This document shows positions 29,967 to 41,372 of a stretch of DNA of 64,000 nt, piece by piece. Every line of letters begins with the position of its first letter. Position 1 is the first letter of the stretch. A program made the position numbers and the translations under genes. The notes below the pieces were generated by a model. It saw only the letters and a program-made list of their open reading frames with translations, made no database searches and had not been told where the DNA came from. This stretch comes from Nitrospirota bacterium (lineage in GTDB: Bacteria; Nitrospirota; UBA9217), in contig CAVTRN010000001.1 of NCBI GenBank assembly GCA_963737155.1, positions 1,312,001 through 1,376,000 of the forward strand, written 5' to 3'.

Positions 29967-32045
29967 ATGAGCAACACGATTCTTTTCGCCCTGATATGCG
30001 GGATTGCCGGCGTTATCTACGGCATCATGACCGCAATTTGGGTGAACAAGCAGGATGCGGGAAATGCCAAAATGAGGGAAATTTCCGATGCAGTGAAGGA
30101 AGGCGCCTATGCATTCATAGCGCGCGAGTACAAGACAGTCGCAATCGTCGCAGTGATTCTGGTCGGGATACTAACCTTCGTTCCCGCCCTCGGAATGTGG
30201 GCAGCCGTCGGATTTATCATTGGTACTGTGGGTTCCGCCCTCGCCGGCTTCATCGGCATGTGGGTGTCGCTGCGTGCAAATGTGCGTACTGCCGCTGCAG
30301 CGAGCAAGGGCCTCCAAGCCGCGCTCAGTCTCGCGTTCAAAGGCGGCTCTGTGACCGGGATCATGGTTGTGGGTCTTGGCATCATCGGCCTTGCTGGTTT
30401 TTACCTCATTGCCAAGACGTTTGCTCCGGCCGAGCAGGTATCCCATGCTCTCATCGGGCTCGGCTTCGGCTGCTCGCTTATGAGCGTGTTCGCCCGTATC
30501 GCCGGCGGTATCTATACCAAGGCTGCTGACGTGGGTGCTGACCTCGTTGGTAAGGTTGAGAAGAATATCCCCGAAGATGACCCGCGCAACCCGGCTGTGA
30601 TCGCCGACAACGTGGGCGACAACGTGGGCGATTGTGCTGGCATGGCTGCTGACCTCTATGAGACCTACACGGTCACCCTCGTAGCCGCCATGCTCCTCGC
30701 CAAGACCGTGTTCGGCGCGGACAGCCCCTGGATCGAGTTCCCGCTTATGCTCGGTGGCGTTTCGATCATTGCTTCCATTATTGGCACCTATGCTGTGAAG
30801 CTCGGCAAGAATAACTACATCATGGGCGCACTGTACAAGGGCCTTGCCGTTGCAGGTATTATTGCGGCAATAGCGTTCTATTTCGTGTCCAAAAGCTTTA
30901 TTAGTGACCTCGGGACCAATGCCGGAGTTTTTACGGCGAACACGGTATTTTTGATCTCTCTTATCGGTCTTGTCCTCACCGGGCTGATCGTGTGGATTAC
31001 CGAATACTTTACCGCTAAGGAGTATTCCCCGGTGCAACACATTGCACAGGCCAGTCTAACCGGCCATGGAACGAATGTGATCGCGGGACTCGCGGTCAGC
31101 ATGAAGTCCACCGCAGCGCCTGTGATCGTGATCGTTGCCTCGATCCTCAGCGCGTACTGGCTTGGCGGCGGATTCTCCGGCCAAGCGAACGCAGCGGCCG
31201 GTGGCATCTTTGCTATCGCGCTGGCAGCTGTATCCATGCTTTCCATGACAGGTATCGTCGTGGCAATTGACTCTTACGGGCCGATCACGGACAATGCGGG
31301 CGGTGTCGCTGAAATGGCTGGGCTTCCGAAAGAGATCCGCGATATCACGGATCCACTCGATGCGGTCGGCAACACCACTAAGGCAGTGACCAAAGGCTAT
31401 GCTATCGGTTCCGCGGCTCTTGCCGCTTTGGTGCTTTTTTCAGAATATTCACGCTCTTTCGGAGCGACGATCCTGTTCGACCTTTCGAATCCGATGGTCC
31501 TCGCCGGCCTGTTCATCGGCGGTTTGCTCCCCTACTACTTTGGCTCGCTCCTCATGGAGTCCGTGGGTAAGGCTGCGGGTGGCGTGGTGGAGGAAGTGCG
31601 CAGACAGTTCCGCGAGATTCCGGGCATCATGGAAGGCACAGGAAAACCTCAGTATGGCAAGTGCGTTGACATCGTGACCAAAGGTGCCATCAATGAGATG
31701 ATGGTTCCGGCGCTTCTCCCGGTAGTCGTCCCGGTCCTGGTTGGTCTCCTCTTGGGCAAACAAGCCCTTGGCGGCGTGCTTATCGGCGCCATCCTAACCG
31801 GTCTGTTCCAAGCCATTGCCATGACGAGCGGCGGCGGCGCTTGGGACAATGCCAAGAAATCCTTTGAAGATGGCGTTACCGACAGCAAAGGCGTCGTGCA
31901 TAAGAAGGGCAGCGACGGTCACAAAGCATCGGTTACCGGCGACACTGTCGGCGATCCTTATAAGGACACTGCAGGTCCGGCTATCAACCCGATGATCAAG
32001 GTCATCAACATCGTTGCACTTCTGATTGTTCCATTGATCAGATAA
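29967..32045 (+). CDS. hppA: Membrane H+-translocating pyrophosphatase (K+-independent signature)
   Basis: [26 protein letters not shown] (Lys form), [10 protein letters not shown]. Confidence 0.93.
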   Translation: MSNTILFALICGIAGVIYGIMTAIWVNKQDAGNAKMREISDAVKEGAYAFIAREYKTVAIVAVILVGILTFVPALGMWAAVGFIIGTVGSALAGFIGMWVSLRANVRTAAAASKGLQAALSLAFKGGSVTGIMVVGLGIIGLAGFYLIAKTFAPAEQVSHALIGLGFGCSLMSVFARIAGGIYTKAADVGADLVGKVEKNIPEDDPRNPAVIADNVGDNVGDCAGMAADLYETYTVTLVAAMLLAKTVFGADSPWIEFPLMLGGVSIIASIIGTYAVKLGKNNYIMGALYKGLAVAGIIAAIAFYFVSKSFISDLGTNAGVFTANTVFLISLIGLVLTGLIVWITEYFTAKEYSPVQHIAQASLTGHGTNVIAGLAVSMKSTAAPVIVIVASILSAYWLGGGFSGQANAAAGGIFAIALAAVSMLSMTGIVVAIDSYGPITDNAGGVAEMAGLPKEIRDITDPLDAVGNTTKAVTKGYAIGSAALAALVLFSEYSRSFGATILFDLSNPMVLAGLFIGGLLPYYFGSLLMESVGKAAGGVVEEVRRQFREIPGIMEGTGKPQYGKCVDIVTKGAINEMMVPALLPVVVPVLVGLLLGKQALGGVLIGAILTGLFQAIAMTSGGGAWDNAKKSFEDGVTDSKGVVHKKGSDGHKASVTGDTVGDPYKDTAGPAINPMIKVINIVALLIVPLIR

Positions 32046-32067
32046 ATATCCTTAGAGATCCTTAGAG

Positions 32068-32105
32068 ACGAGGGGCTGGCCGAACGGCCAGCCCCTCGTT
32101 TTTTT
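32068..32105 (+). terminator. Rho-independent terminator after hppA
   Basis: ACGAGGGGCTGGCC-GAAC-GGCCAGCCCCTCGT + T run. Confidence 0.85.
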
Positions 32106-32172
32106 CACAGAACGCACTGGTATGTACAAACATTGTTGAAATTTGCAGGTAAAGTGGTATTATTTACATTCC

Positions 32173-32712
32173 ATGCATAATGAAGATGCAGAAATACTTG
32201 TTGCTGCCGGATGTTCGCTCGATGTCGTTGCACACTGTCTTACCGTATCGAAACTGGCTTATGCTCTCGCTGGCCGCATGGAACTAGAGGTTGATGGTGA
32301 GCTGATCAGGCAAGGCGGTCTGTTCCATGATATCGGCAGGTCACGAACGCATGACATCCATCACGCTATCGCAGGCGTAGAAATTGGACGAAAATTGGGT
32401 TTCTCCGATGCCCTCGTCAATATAATCGAACGTCATATCGGTGCAGGGATTACAACGGCTGAGGCGGAACGGCTCGGACTGCCGAGGAAAGACTACATCC
32501 CCCTGAGTGTGGAAGAAAAAATTGTTTCTTATGCTGATAATCTAATCAGTGGAACTAGGGAAATGCCGTTCTATGAAGCGCTTGAGAGGTTCAAGGATAT
32601 CCTCGGACCTGGCCATGAAGGGATCGAGCTATTCATAAAACAGCATAAGGAGATTCAAGGCTGGATGAAAACAGTAGATAGCAGAGAAGGGACATTGAAA
32701 GTCGCAGAGTGA
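32173..32712 (+). CDS. HD-domain (HDIG, TIGR00295-like) protein
   Basis: HC...LFHDIGRSRTH..HA..G, ERHIGAG, EEKIVSYADN. Confidence 0.85.
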   Translation: MHNEDAEILVAAGCSLDVVAHCLTVSKLAYALAGRMELEVDGELIRQGGLFHDIGRSRTHDIHHAIAGVEIGRKLGFSDALVNIIERHIGAGITTAEAERLGLPRKDYIPLSVEEKIVSYADNLISGTREMPFYEALERFKDILGPGHEGIELFIKQHKEIQGWMKTVDSREGTLKVAE

Positions 32713-32734
32713 CGGCTGCGCTGAAAGGTTCATA

Positions 32735-33625
32735 ATGAGCAATAAGAAAAGAGAAATAAGACCAGAAGATAGCGATATAGATCCGCTCAAAAAGAGCAAT
32801 AATGATAAGGTCGTGCCGATCAAACTCACCGAGAAAAGCAGGTTCAAATTTCGCTGCCATAAAGGAGTAAAATGCTTCACCGCCTGCTGCAGCAACATCA
32901 ATATCGTGCTCCCGCCCTATGACTTGCTGCGGCTGCGGAAGCGACTTGGCATGACGACCGAAGAATTTATCAACAAGCACTGCGACATCGAAATTCTTGC
33001 AAAGACGCTTCTGCCGGTCATTACGCTCAAAATGCAGAGCGACGAGCAGCGCAGCTGTCCTTTCGTGACACCCGGTGGCTGCACGGTATACGAGGATAGG
33101 CCGAGCAACTGTCGATATTATCCTCTGGGCATGGCCACGCTCAGGAAAAAGGACACCGAAAGCGGAAAAGATGAGTTCTACTTTATGGTCAAGGAAGACC
33201 ACTGCAAGGGGTTCGAGGAGGACAAGGAGTGGACTATCGCAGAGTGGCGCAAGGACCAGGAAGCGGACCTCTACGACGACAGCAACCGCGGATGGATGGA
33301 AGTCCTGATGAAAAAGAAATCCTTCGGCGAGAAGGAGTTTCCTGAGATTAAAAACCAAATGTTCTTCATGGTCAGTACCAATACCGATTATTTCCGGGAA
33401 TTCGTGTTCGGCAGCACGTTTCTGGATACCTACGACATCCCGGCTGAGCGGATAGAGAAGGTTCGGTCCGATGATGTGGAGCTGCTAAAGCTGGGATATG
33501 AATGGCTTAGGTCGGCGATGTTCGCTGAAGAGACCCTCAAACTCAAAGAGGGCGTGGCAGAAGCACGCAAGGACCGCGCCGATGCCATTATGCGTAAAGT
33601 ATATAAGAAGAAAGAAAGTGAGTGA
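32735..33625 (+). CDS. YkgJ-family cysteine-cluster protein
   Basis: CHKGVKCFTACC, CPF..GCTVYEDRP..CRYYP, HCKG. Confidence 0.88.
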   Translation: MSNKKREIRPEDSDIDPLKKSNNDKVVPIKLTEKSRFKFRCHKGVKCFTACCSNINIVLPPYDLLRLRKRLGMTTEEFINKHCDIEILAKTLLPVITLKMQSDEQRSCPFVTPGGCTVYEDRPSNCRYYPLGMATLRKKDTESGKDEFYFMVKEDHCKGFEEDKEWTIAEWRKDQEADLYDDSNRGWMEVLMKKKSFGEKEFPEIKNQMFFMVSTNTDYFREFVFGSTFLDTYDIPAERIEKVRSDDVELLKLGYEWLRSAMFAEETLKLKEGVAEARKDRADAIMRKVYKKKESE

Positions 33626-33664
33626 GTGAGCCCGTCAGCCAGCCCGGAGTAAGGAGAACTTTTT

Positions 33665-34423
33665 TTAACTGCGAGGTCGAAGCATAGCGCTCATATCCGT
33701 GTAAATGGCATTCCCAATCTGAATGCCTTGATCAATAAACTCCGGACCATATTTTTTCCCTGTATTGGTCCGGAACGTATCTTTAATACGCTCGATTCCC
33801 TTCATCTTTTCCAGGAATGACTTGTGGAGCGACGCAATAGGCGTTTCATGGGTGTTGACCATAAGCCACAGCGTTCCGGTGAAATTCTCCGGCCCCCAGC
33901 GAAACTTATCTGCATCGTATAGCGCATCGCTGACCATGCATCCTTCTGCGTCCTCCAGGTCACAGGTTGTCTTAAATGCTTCATGATTCCTAATCGCATA
34001 GGTGATATAGGTACGGCTGAGCTCATCCACCTGAAGTGTCTTTAGTATGGTTTCCGCCTCCAGACTACCACGAACGGCATGATCTTCCTCGCGACGCTTA
34101 ATGTCATGGAGTAAGCCGGCGATGATTGCCGCGATAAAGAGCGGCATAATTTCCGCGTCGCTGATGCCGATCTGATACCCTTCCACGAGAACAATGGCGC
34201 CGGCATCTCGGGCCACTGCCTCGCAGTGACAGAGCCCGTGGGCGCACTCAAGTTTCGATTCGTCGAGATGTGCGTGACATCTACGGATAAGGTCGTTGGT
34301 CCTGATTGTTTCATCGGCCTTATGCACTTCCAGCGCATGGGTACTATAAAAGGCTGGTTTTGGCAGCGTGCGTGCGATTTCGCACGCTCGGGCCTGTAGA
34401 AGATCATAAGCAGCATAGCTCAT
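33665..34423 (-). CDS. HD/PDEase-like protein
   Basis: HGLCH, LLHDIKR..HA, IRNHE, LYDADK. Confidence 0.75.
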   Translation of the reverse strand: MSYAAYDLLQARACEIARTLPKPAFYSTHALEVHKADETIRTNDLIRRCHAHLDESKLECAHGLCHCEAVARDAGAIVLVEGYQIGISDAEIMPLFIAAIIAGLLHDIKRREEDHAVRGSLEAETILKTLQVDELSRTYITYAIRNHEAFKTTCDLEDAEGCMVSDALYDADKFRWGPENFTGTLWLMVNTHETPIASLHKSFLEKMKGIERIKDTFRTNTGKKYGPEFIDQGIQIGNAIYTDMSAMLRPRS

Positions 34424-34746
34424 AGATTTATAATAGCCAGAGAGCTGGGGTGATGTCAAGACGAGTTTTTTCCAGTAATTCATCACACGAAAGGTGCAAT
34501 AAAAAAATCCCGAACTGCATTTTATAATTTCCATTAAACTCCAACGCTGAGATACTGAATATCAAACTGATGTATGTAGAACGAGGCCATAGACTAATTT
34601 TCCTTAACCGTAACATTGAAGCGGCAGCAATTACTCGCTGAGAGCCCCCCTATTCTCTTTCTCCATTCAACGAGATTCTCCGATTGACTAACACGGCATG
34701 GTGATGTAAAATTCTGAATCTTTTTCCATTGTGAAAGGGGCTTACC

Positions 34747-36297
34747 GTGTCCGATATCCACAGCGAAAGAATACTGATCCTCGACTTCGGGTCGCAATAT
34801 ACACAGTTGATCGCGCGCCGCGTACGCGAGGCGAAAGTATACTGCGAAATATTTCCCTACAACGCGGGTCTCGAAAAGATAAAGTCATTCCGGCCCAAGG
34901 GGCTGATTCTCTCGGGAGGTCCGTCGAGCGTGTATGATTCCGGAGCACCGCTCGTCGATAAAGCTCACCTTGATCTCGGCGTGCCCGTCCTTGGCATTTG
35001 CTACGGCATGCAGCTTCTGACTCACGTGCTCGGCGGCGAGGTCGCAAAATCGACGAAGCGAGAATATGGGCGCGCCGAGCTGAACATTCAGAAGAATGAA
35101 GAATTGTTCGCCAGCATCGGCGTGGGCGGGAAAGTGACAGTCTGGATGAGCCACGGTGACAGAATCGAGAAGATGCCGGAGGGTTTCTCGGCCATTGCGC
35201 ACACGGACAACTCGCCCATTGCTGCCATGGCGGATGAGAAGAGAAAGTTCTACGGTGTGCAATTTCATCCTGAGGTTGTGCATACGCCACAGGGAGTGCA
35301 GATTCTCAGGAACTTCGTGTATGGCATCTGCAAATGCGAACCTTCGTGGACCATGGCATCCTTCGTGGACTATTCCGTGGGCGAGATCAGAAGGACTGTG
35401 GGGAACAAGCAGGCTGTGTGTGGTCTGTCGGGTGGCGTGGACTCGTCCGTTGCCGCGGTGCTGGTGCACAAGGCAATCGGGAAGCAGCTCACCTGTATCT
35501 TCGTGAACAATGGCGTTCTCAGAAAGGACGAGGCCGAGAAGGTGCAACACTCGTTCAAAGACATGGGCCTGAACCTGAAATATATCGATGCGTCTGAGGA
35601 GTTCCTCTCCAAACTCAAAGGAGTGGAAGATCCGGAGAAGAAGCGAAAGATCATTGGCGTCACATTCATCGAGGTGTTCGAGCGAGAGGCCCACACCGTA
35701 GGAGGGGCTGAGTTTCTGGTCCAGGGCACGCTCTACCCGGATGTCATCGAGAGCATTTCCTTTAAAGGTCCTTCCGCTATCATTAAATCACATCACAACG
35801 TAGGTGGCTTGCCTGAGAAAATGAAACTGAAACTGGTCGAACCGCTTCGGGAATTATTCAAGGATGAAGTGCGGGCCATAGGCCGTGAAATGAAGATGCC
35901 AGACGACATCATCAATCGACAACCCTTCCCCGGTCCCGGCCTCGCGATCCGCATCCTCGGTGAAGTGACTGAGAGCCGGCTCAATATCCTGCGCGAAGCG
36001 GATGCCGTCGTGATCGAAGAAATCAAGAAGGCGGGGTTATACAATGAAATCTGGCAATCTTTTGCCGTACTTCTGCCAATCAAGACCGTCGGCGTCATGG
36101 GCGACGAGCGAACCTATGAGAACGTCGTGGCGATCCGCGCGGTCACGAGCCAGGACGGCATGACCGCTGACTGGGCAAAGATACCCTATGAACTCTTGGG
36201 TACCATGTCCAATCGCATCATCAACGAAGTAAAAGGCGTGAACCGCGTATGTTTCGATATCTCGTCCAAACCGCCGAGCACGATCGAGTGGGAGTAG
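34747..36297 (+). CDS. guaA: GMP synthase (glutamine-hydrolysing)
   Basis: [37 protein letters not shown]. Confidence 0.97.
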   Translation: MSDIHSERILILDFGSQYTQLIARRVREAKVYCEIFPYNAGLEKIKSFRPKGLILSGGPSSVYDSGAPLVDKAHLDLGVPVLGICYGMQLLTHVLGGEVAKSTKREYGRAELNIQKNEELFASIGVGGKVTVWMSHGDRIEKMPEGFSAIAHTDNSPIAAMADEKRKFYGVQFHPEVVHTPQGVQILRNFVYGICKCEPSWTMASFVDYSVGEIRRTVGNKQAVCGLSGGVDSSVAAVLVHKAIGKQLTCIFVNNGVLRKDEAEKVQHSFKDMGLNLKYIDASEEFLSKLKGVEDPEKKRKIIGVTFIEVFEREAHTVGGAEFLVQGTLYPDVIESISFKGPSAIIKSHHNVGGLPEKMKLKLVEPLRELFKDEVRAIGREMKMPDDIINRQPFPGPGLAIRILGEVTESRLNILREADAVVIEEIKKAGLYNEIWQSFAVLLPIKTVGVMGDERTYENVVAIRAVTSQDGMTADWAKIPYELLGTMSNRIINEVKGVNRVCFDISSKPPSTIEWE

Positions 36298-36379
36298 TGG
36301 GTCGGGAAAAACAGGTCACGGGAGAAAACGAAGAGGAGCGGTCGGCTCTACGTGGCTACCCATTCTTGTATTGGATAGT

Positions 36380-37141
36380 ATGAATGGACTGGATCTGGTC
36401 CTTATCAGCCTTGCCGCTGTGGCGGGTGGCCTCGTGAATGCCCTTGCTGGCGGTGGTACACTCATCACCTTCCCGATGCTGACTGCTGTCGGTATTCCGC
36501 CCGTCGCAGCAAACGTAACCAATACAGTTGCGCTCTGCCCCGGCTACCTCGGCGCAACCTTCGCACAGATGAAAGACTTGCGGAGGCAGGGGAGGAGGCT
36601 GTCGTTACTTCTGCCAGCCGGTGTATTGGGTGGGATTGCAGGAGGTGTTTTGCTCCTGCACACGAGCGATAGCATGTTCCGCAAGCTGATTCCCTATATG
36701 ATTCTGCTTGCTGTGGTTCTACTTGCTTTTCAGGACAGATTGCGAAAATGGATCACGGGCCGCATCGGGAGTGAGGGGCATAGGCACCTGAATGAGGCAT
36801 GGGCGATAGCGCCTGTCATGCCAGCTGCCCTCTACGGCGGTTACTTCGGGGCCGGCGTGAGTGTGATGGTTCTGGCCGTGGTGGGGCTTGTGCTCGAGGA
36901 TTCGCTGACCCGCTTGAATGCGCTTAAGCAAACCATCTCGTTCAGCATCAATATCGCGGCAGCTGTCTTTTTCCTTTTCTCTGGCCAAGTAGTGTGGATC
37001 GCGGCACTGGTCATGATGGCTGGATCACTGGTAGGCGGCGCGCTTGGCGGGCGGCTAGCGGGCAGAATAAAACCGGTTGTACTGAGAAATATCGTCATAA
37101 CTCTCGGCTTTGCAGTAGCGGCATTCTACTTTATGCAATAA
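36380..37141 (+). CDS. TauE/SafE (TSUP) family exporter
   Basis: [25 protein letters not shown]. Confidence 0.88.
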   Translation: MNGLDLVLISLAAVAGGLVNALAGGGTLITFPMLTAVGIPPVAANVTNTVALCPGYLGATFAQMKDLRRQGRRLSLLLPAGVLGGIAGGVLLLHTSDSMFRKLIPYMILLAVVLLAFQDRLRKWITGRIGSEGHRHLNEAWAIAPVMPAALYGGYFGAGVSVMVLAVVGLVLEDSLTRLNALKQTISFSINIAAAVFFLFSGQVVWIAALVMMAGSLVGGALGGRLAGRIKPVVLRNIVITLGFAVAAFYFMQ

Positions 37142-37194
37142 AGCGGCGCATTGCTCTTTTGCCGCTGACTCACGATAACGGTCTCCCTAGCCCT

Positions 37195-37740
37195 TAATCA
37201 ACGCAACCCGGTCCATATCAGCACGGCTGCAAACACGATCCGGAGAGTTGCTTCCGAAAAAAAGTGCTCTAGAGTTTCGCATAGACAGGTCCCAACAAGA
37301 ATACCCACGATCAGTCCCTACAGAATAGAAGCTTTCACGTTGCCAAACTTCAAATACAATCTACGTGCCCCCTGCGCCCAACGAGCACCATGGCGAATAA
37401 TGCATTAACCCGCACATGTTGGTCAAAATCCGAAAGTAATACTATCGCCGGTATTAGGTATATCCGCCTCCGATACCTATCATGCAGGACAGGTATCCTG
37501 TGAATGCATCGGTCAGAAGCAGTACTAAAACAGAAGGTCAACCCCGTTTCCATCCTATGGACATGAAGCGGTAGTGTTTGATCAGAAGGAGAACGAAGAT
37601 GAGGAAGAAATCCGCCGAAAAAAGCTTTAGCCACCGCTCCGGCAGCGCATGGGCATTGTAGTGCGCGTCGTCTCGCACCGTTGCCATGGGTGTCACGGCT
37701 AGCAGGAGCGCAGTCAAGACTTCTCCCGATTAGGAAGCAT
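37195..37740 (-). pseudogene. Second TSUP-family gene, decayed
   Basis: Fragments HALPERWLK, IVLLSDFDQH, GLIVGILVG...LRIVFAAVLIWTG with stops; ends approximate. Confidence 0.5.
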
Positions 37741-37781
37741 TCTTTTGTGTTTTTAGCGTACTAATGGCGCTAAGAGCGCGG

Positions 37782-38174
37782 CTAATCGTTCGTCTTCGGT
37801 ACTACGCCGTCGAATTCCTGGCCGAACTGGTTTGCTGCGGTTATGCCTACTTCTTGCAGCATGCGCGCTAGGGTGTTCCTTAAAAGGTCTGGGGTGACAT
37901 CGAGGCTCTTTGCAATCTCATCGAGAGACAAGCGCTGACTGAAGTGTCGTTCCGCAATGACGATTTTGAGGAAATCGGCCTGAATAATTTTCCCGAGTTC
38001 CTTATCATGGATTTCATGGCTGTCATAAGCTTGGCGCAGGGTCTTACCCGCGGCAAGGGCCTGGTGGAAGCTACTCACCGCTTCCTCGTAAATTTTACCT
38101 TCTTCGGGGGTAAATTCCTTGAAATTGAAGTCGGGCATATCCGCTTTTTTCTTGGATTTATCTCTCTTTTTCAT
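37782..38174 (-). CDS. Hypothetical protein
   Basis: 130-aa ORF with AAGGA RBS; helical, ADFLKIVIAERHF. Confidence 0.65.
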   Translation of the reverse strand: MKKRDKSKKKADMPDFNFKEFTPEEGKIYEEAVSSFHQALAAGKTLRQAYDSHEIHDKELGKIIQADFLKIVIAERHFSQRLSLDEIAKSLDVTPDLLRNTLARMLQEVGITAANQFGQEFDGVVPKTND

Positions 38175-38278
38175 GCATTGTCCTTTTCACTATCGAATCA
38201 GTTCATAAGCGTTTGGCTTGACAAGGGGCAACGAGCATGACATGAGGCGGCTTGGTTTCCGACCCTTTGTCATCAGAA

Positions 38279-38611
38279 CTACATTACTCGTTTTTCCCTC
38301 GGTCTCCGTTCAGGGACCTGCTGGTGCGGCATTTTCCCATCGTTCCATGCTACTGATACGTAGAGTCCGCAGAAGCAGCTGCCATATTCCTTGATATCCG
38401 GCTCGCGGTATACGCAGGGACAGACGATGTCCGCATCCTTTACTTTCACGCCAAAAGCGAGGCGGCAGGGGCAGGATCGGTAGCCATAACGGGCTTCGTT
38501 TGTGAGCAGGCCCTGCAGGATGTCGAGAACAAAAGGCTTGTCCTTGTTTAATCGAATGCCTTGTGATTCAGCGTATCGGGACAGAATTTCGTGGAGTTTG
38601 TCCGGGATCAT
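38279..38611 (-). CDS. Ferredoxin:thioredoxin reductase catalytic subunit-like
   Basis: CPC, CPC, CFC motifs (YGYRSCPCR, VCPCVY, GSCFCGLY). Confidence 0.9.
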   Translation of the reverse strand: MIPDKLHEILSRYAESQGIRLNKDKPFVLDILQGLLTNEARYGYRSCPCRLAFGVKVKDADIVCPCVYREPDIKEYGSCFCGLYVSVAWNDGKMPHQQVPERRPREKRVM

Positions 38612-38871
38612 GGCATGTCTAAAGCTTTTTTGAGCTTCTCTTCGTTATAGCCAACAATGATGTGATTACCGATGCAAATCGTTGGGAAGCTGCAGTCCGG
38701 GTTGAATTTCCTGACCTCGTCCATGATTTGTTCACGCTCCAAACCGCTCAACAGGTCGACATCGACAAACTCCATGTCAATCCCCTTTTCATTAAAAAAT
38801 TTTTTGGTTCGGTTGCAGTGCGAACAAGTGCTGAGGGTATAAAGCTTTATTTTCAATTTATTTGAAGGCAT
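38608..38871 (-). CDS. Glutaredoxin (NrdH-like)
   Basis: TCSHC, SFPT; 4-nt overlap with the FTR gene. Confidence 0.88.
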   Translation of the reverse strand: MPSNKLKIKLYTLSTCSHCNRTKKFFNEKGIDMEFVDVDLLSGLEREQIMDEVRKFNPDCSFPTICIGNHIIVGYNEEKLKKALDMP

Positions 38872-39149
38872 AGAACATTCTCCCGGCTCAGTTTCGCCTC
38901 ATAATATAACACGGTGCGAGGCGGTATGCAAACGTTTTTGGCGGCAGAAAAGTGTCGTATGGTGCGTCGAAATATAATCTGTAAACGTCGGAAATCGAGG
39001 AAAACGATAATTGCATATGCTGTTCTTCTTCCCGCTTTTTTTCGTAAGCATTACTAATATTTAATAAATTTATAATAAAATATAATATATTATAAAGTAT
39101 AATTATGCAAAATAGAAGTTTCTTACGAAACCGCTTGGAACAATCATCA

Positions 39150-39720
39150 TGCCTGCAAGCCGAAGGAGTATTAAGCTCATAGTGGGACGATGATTATATG
39201 GTAACATATGTAGCCCTTCTGAAGTAAATTTAGAAATCTACTGCAGGATATCGTCTTCGAAAATAAAAGCAACTAGAATTGCAGGCAAATCGGCTTCTTG
39301 ATTAACTTTATGCTCGCATAAAGTTACGAGTCCCCCGGAACCTTTTTTAAAAAAGATATTTTCGCACAGTCCTGTGACAATGCGGTCAAGGCGGTAGTCC
39401 AAGGGGACCGTGGATGGGACAGCATCAACTGGGCGTATTTGAACAGGACAAACCACAAACTCGCCCTGAAAACAAAAGTTATAAAAATCTTCATCCTATG
39501 CATTCGACCGGTTGTCGTGAGACTCAATCTGAATTCACGTCTGAAGACAAAGTTGCTACAGTTTTATCGAGCGCAAATAGACCTGGGAAGAGTCAGCGAT
39601 ACTATCCGAGTATCATTCTAGGAATCCGGTTCTACGACAAGAAGTTGCCGAGCTACGCAAATATATTTACAGAGAGTTTCTCAAATAAAGAGATCAGTGG
39701 AAAAAGCGACGGGGCAGAAG
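39150..39720 (+). pseudogene. PhnD/SsuA-type substrate-binding protein remnant
   Basis: SCDNAVKAVVQG, WAYLNRTNHKLALKTKVIK, PVVVRLNL fragments with many stops; ends approximate. Confidence 0.45.
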
Positions 39721-39749
39721 GGAGTAGGACTGCAGCGCAGAACGCGTTC

Positions 39750-41324
39750 TTATCTCATCATGTTCGTCCTGGTTCTCCAGTTCCTCCCTTTAGTAGGGAA
39801 GTCGCTTCTAAAGTGTGCTCCCACGCTACCTTCTCTTTCGAGAGCTGAATGGGTAATGATCGTCGCTGTTGTAATCATGTTTCTGAGTTCGAAACATTTT
39901 CTGTCCTGGCCGCATCCTTTCATAGACCGATCCCATTTTCGGAGAGTTTTTAATGCCATTGTGAGATCCTTCCTGTTTCGGACAATGCCGACCTTCTCCC
40001 ACATGAGCTTTTTTAACGAAGTACGGATTTCCTCTACCACCGAACCATCAGGCGATGCATGGTCGGGTGTTTGCGTCTGGATGTGGACCTGTTGAAGGAG
40101 CGTGGCGCTGGAAATCAGCTTGCGGGCATGCCGGGTGGCCGCGAGTCCCGCTCTCACTCCATAGACCAAACCCTCCAAGAGAGAATTGCTTGCGAGGCGG
40201 TTTGCACCGTGAACTCCAGTGCATGCGGTTTCGCCTGCCGCAAAAAGGCCGGGGATGTTCGTAGCGCCCCAGAGGTCTGTTTTTACTCCTCCCATAATAT
40301 AGTGCGCCGCCGGAGATACCGGTATTGGTTCCGTAGTTATGTCGATCCCCAGTTCCTTGCAGGTACGGTAAATGCGGGGGAAACGTTGCGTCACATAGTC
40401 TGCATTCAGGTGTGTCATGTCCAGGAAGACATGGGACGAGTACGTAGCGGCCATTTCCGCATGGATTGCACGGGTGACCACGTCGCGTGGCGCGAGTTCT
40501 CGGGCGGGGTGGTACCGTTCCATGAATCGTTGGCCGAGTGTGTTTTTGAGCATTCCGCCTTCACCGCGCATGGCTTCGGAAAGCAAAAACTGGGGAGCGC
40601 CGCTGCGATAGAGCGCCGTTGGATGGAACTGAACGAACTCCATGTCAACCAAGGAAGCACCGGCACGATAGGCCATGGCCATACCGTCGCCAGTAGCGAC
40701 TGCGGGGTTGGTTGTCCGTTCGTAGAGCTGGCCTGCTCCACCGGTAGCTAGGAGAACGGCCCGCGCTGAGATAATCAGCACCTTTTTCAGGGCCTGCTGA
40801 CATACGACGGCGCCGATGCATCGTCCGTCCCGGATAACCAGGTCGCGGGTGAAGGCGAAGTCTATCTTGGACGCGGATTTCATTGAGCGGACCTTGTCGG
40901 TGAGCACGCGCATGATCTCTCGGCCCGTGGAATCTCCCTGGGCGTGGAGGATTCTGCGCTTAGAATGAGCCGCCTCCTGGGTGAACGCGAGCTTGGTGCC
41001 TTCCTTGTCAAACTCCGCGCCCCAGAGGATCAGTTCTCTGATGCGCGTGGGCCCTTCCTCGACAAGCGTGCCTACGGCTTTCCTGAGACAGAGCCCGTCC
41101 CCTGCCCGAAGCGTGTCTTCCAGATGGATCGAAATTTCGTCCTCATCGGAAAGCACCACGGCTACGCCGCCTTGGGCGTACTGGCTGCTGCTCTCTGTGG
41201 GTGCATCCTTGGTCACGACGAGGACGTTGCCGTTTCGTGCAAGCTCCACAGCCGCTCGGAGACCAGCCACGCCACCGCCAATGATCAGAAAATCGGTCCC
41301 GATATATTCTTCCTGGTAGCCCAT
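39750..41324 (-). CDS. nadB: L-aspartate oxidase
   Basis: AQGG, QFHPT, LLSEAMRGEG, LAPRD, HYIMGG, HGANRLASNSLLE. Confidence 0.95.
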   Translation of the reverse strand: MGYQEEYIGTDFLIIGGGVAGLRAAVELARNGNVLVVTKDAPTESSSQYAQGGVAVVLSDEDEISIHLEDTLRAGDGLCLRKAVGTLVEEGPTRIRELILWGAEFDKEGTKLAFTQEAAHSKRRILHAQGDSTGREIMRVLTDKVRSMKSASKIDFAFTRDLVIRDGRCIGAVVCQQALKKVLIISARAVLLATGGAGQLYERTTNPAVATGDGMAMAYRAGASLVDMEFVQFHPTALYRSGAPQFLLSEAMRGEGGMLKNTLGQRFMERYHPARELAPRDVVTRAIHAEMAATYSSHVFLDMTHLNADYVTQRFPRIYRTCKELGIDITTEPIPVSPAAHYIMGGVKTDLWGATNIPGLFAAGETACTGVHGANRLASNSLLEGLVYGVRAGLAATRHARKLISSATLLQQVHIQTQTPDHASPDGSVVEEIRTSLKKLMWEKVGIVRNRKDLTMALKTLRKWDRSMKGCGQDRKCFELRNMITTATIITHSALEREGSVGAHFRSDFPTKGRNWRTRTNMMR

Positions 41325-41372
41325 GCAATAACATTTCCGAGTTTTGATAATTTTGAACTTTGAACTATGATT

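Noticed and set aside
32048-32067. 10-bp tandem duplication ATCCTTAGAG after hppA
   Set aside because: Only two copies; probably replication slippage.
37660-37680. GTGCGAGACG on the minus strand, resembling a group II intron 5' end
   Set aside because: No domain V/VI downstream; the region is better explained as a decayed TSUP gene.
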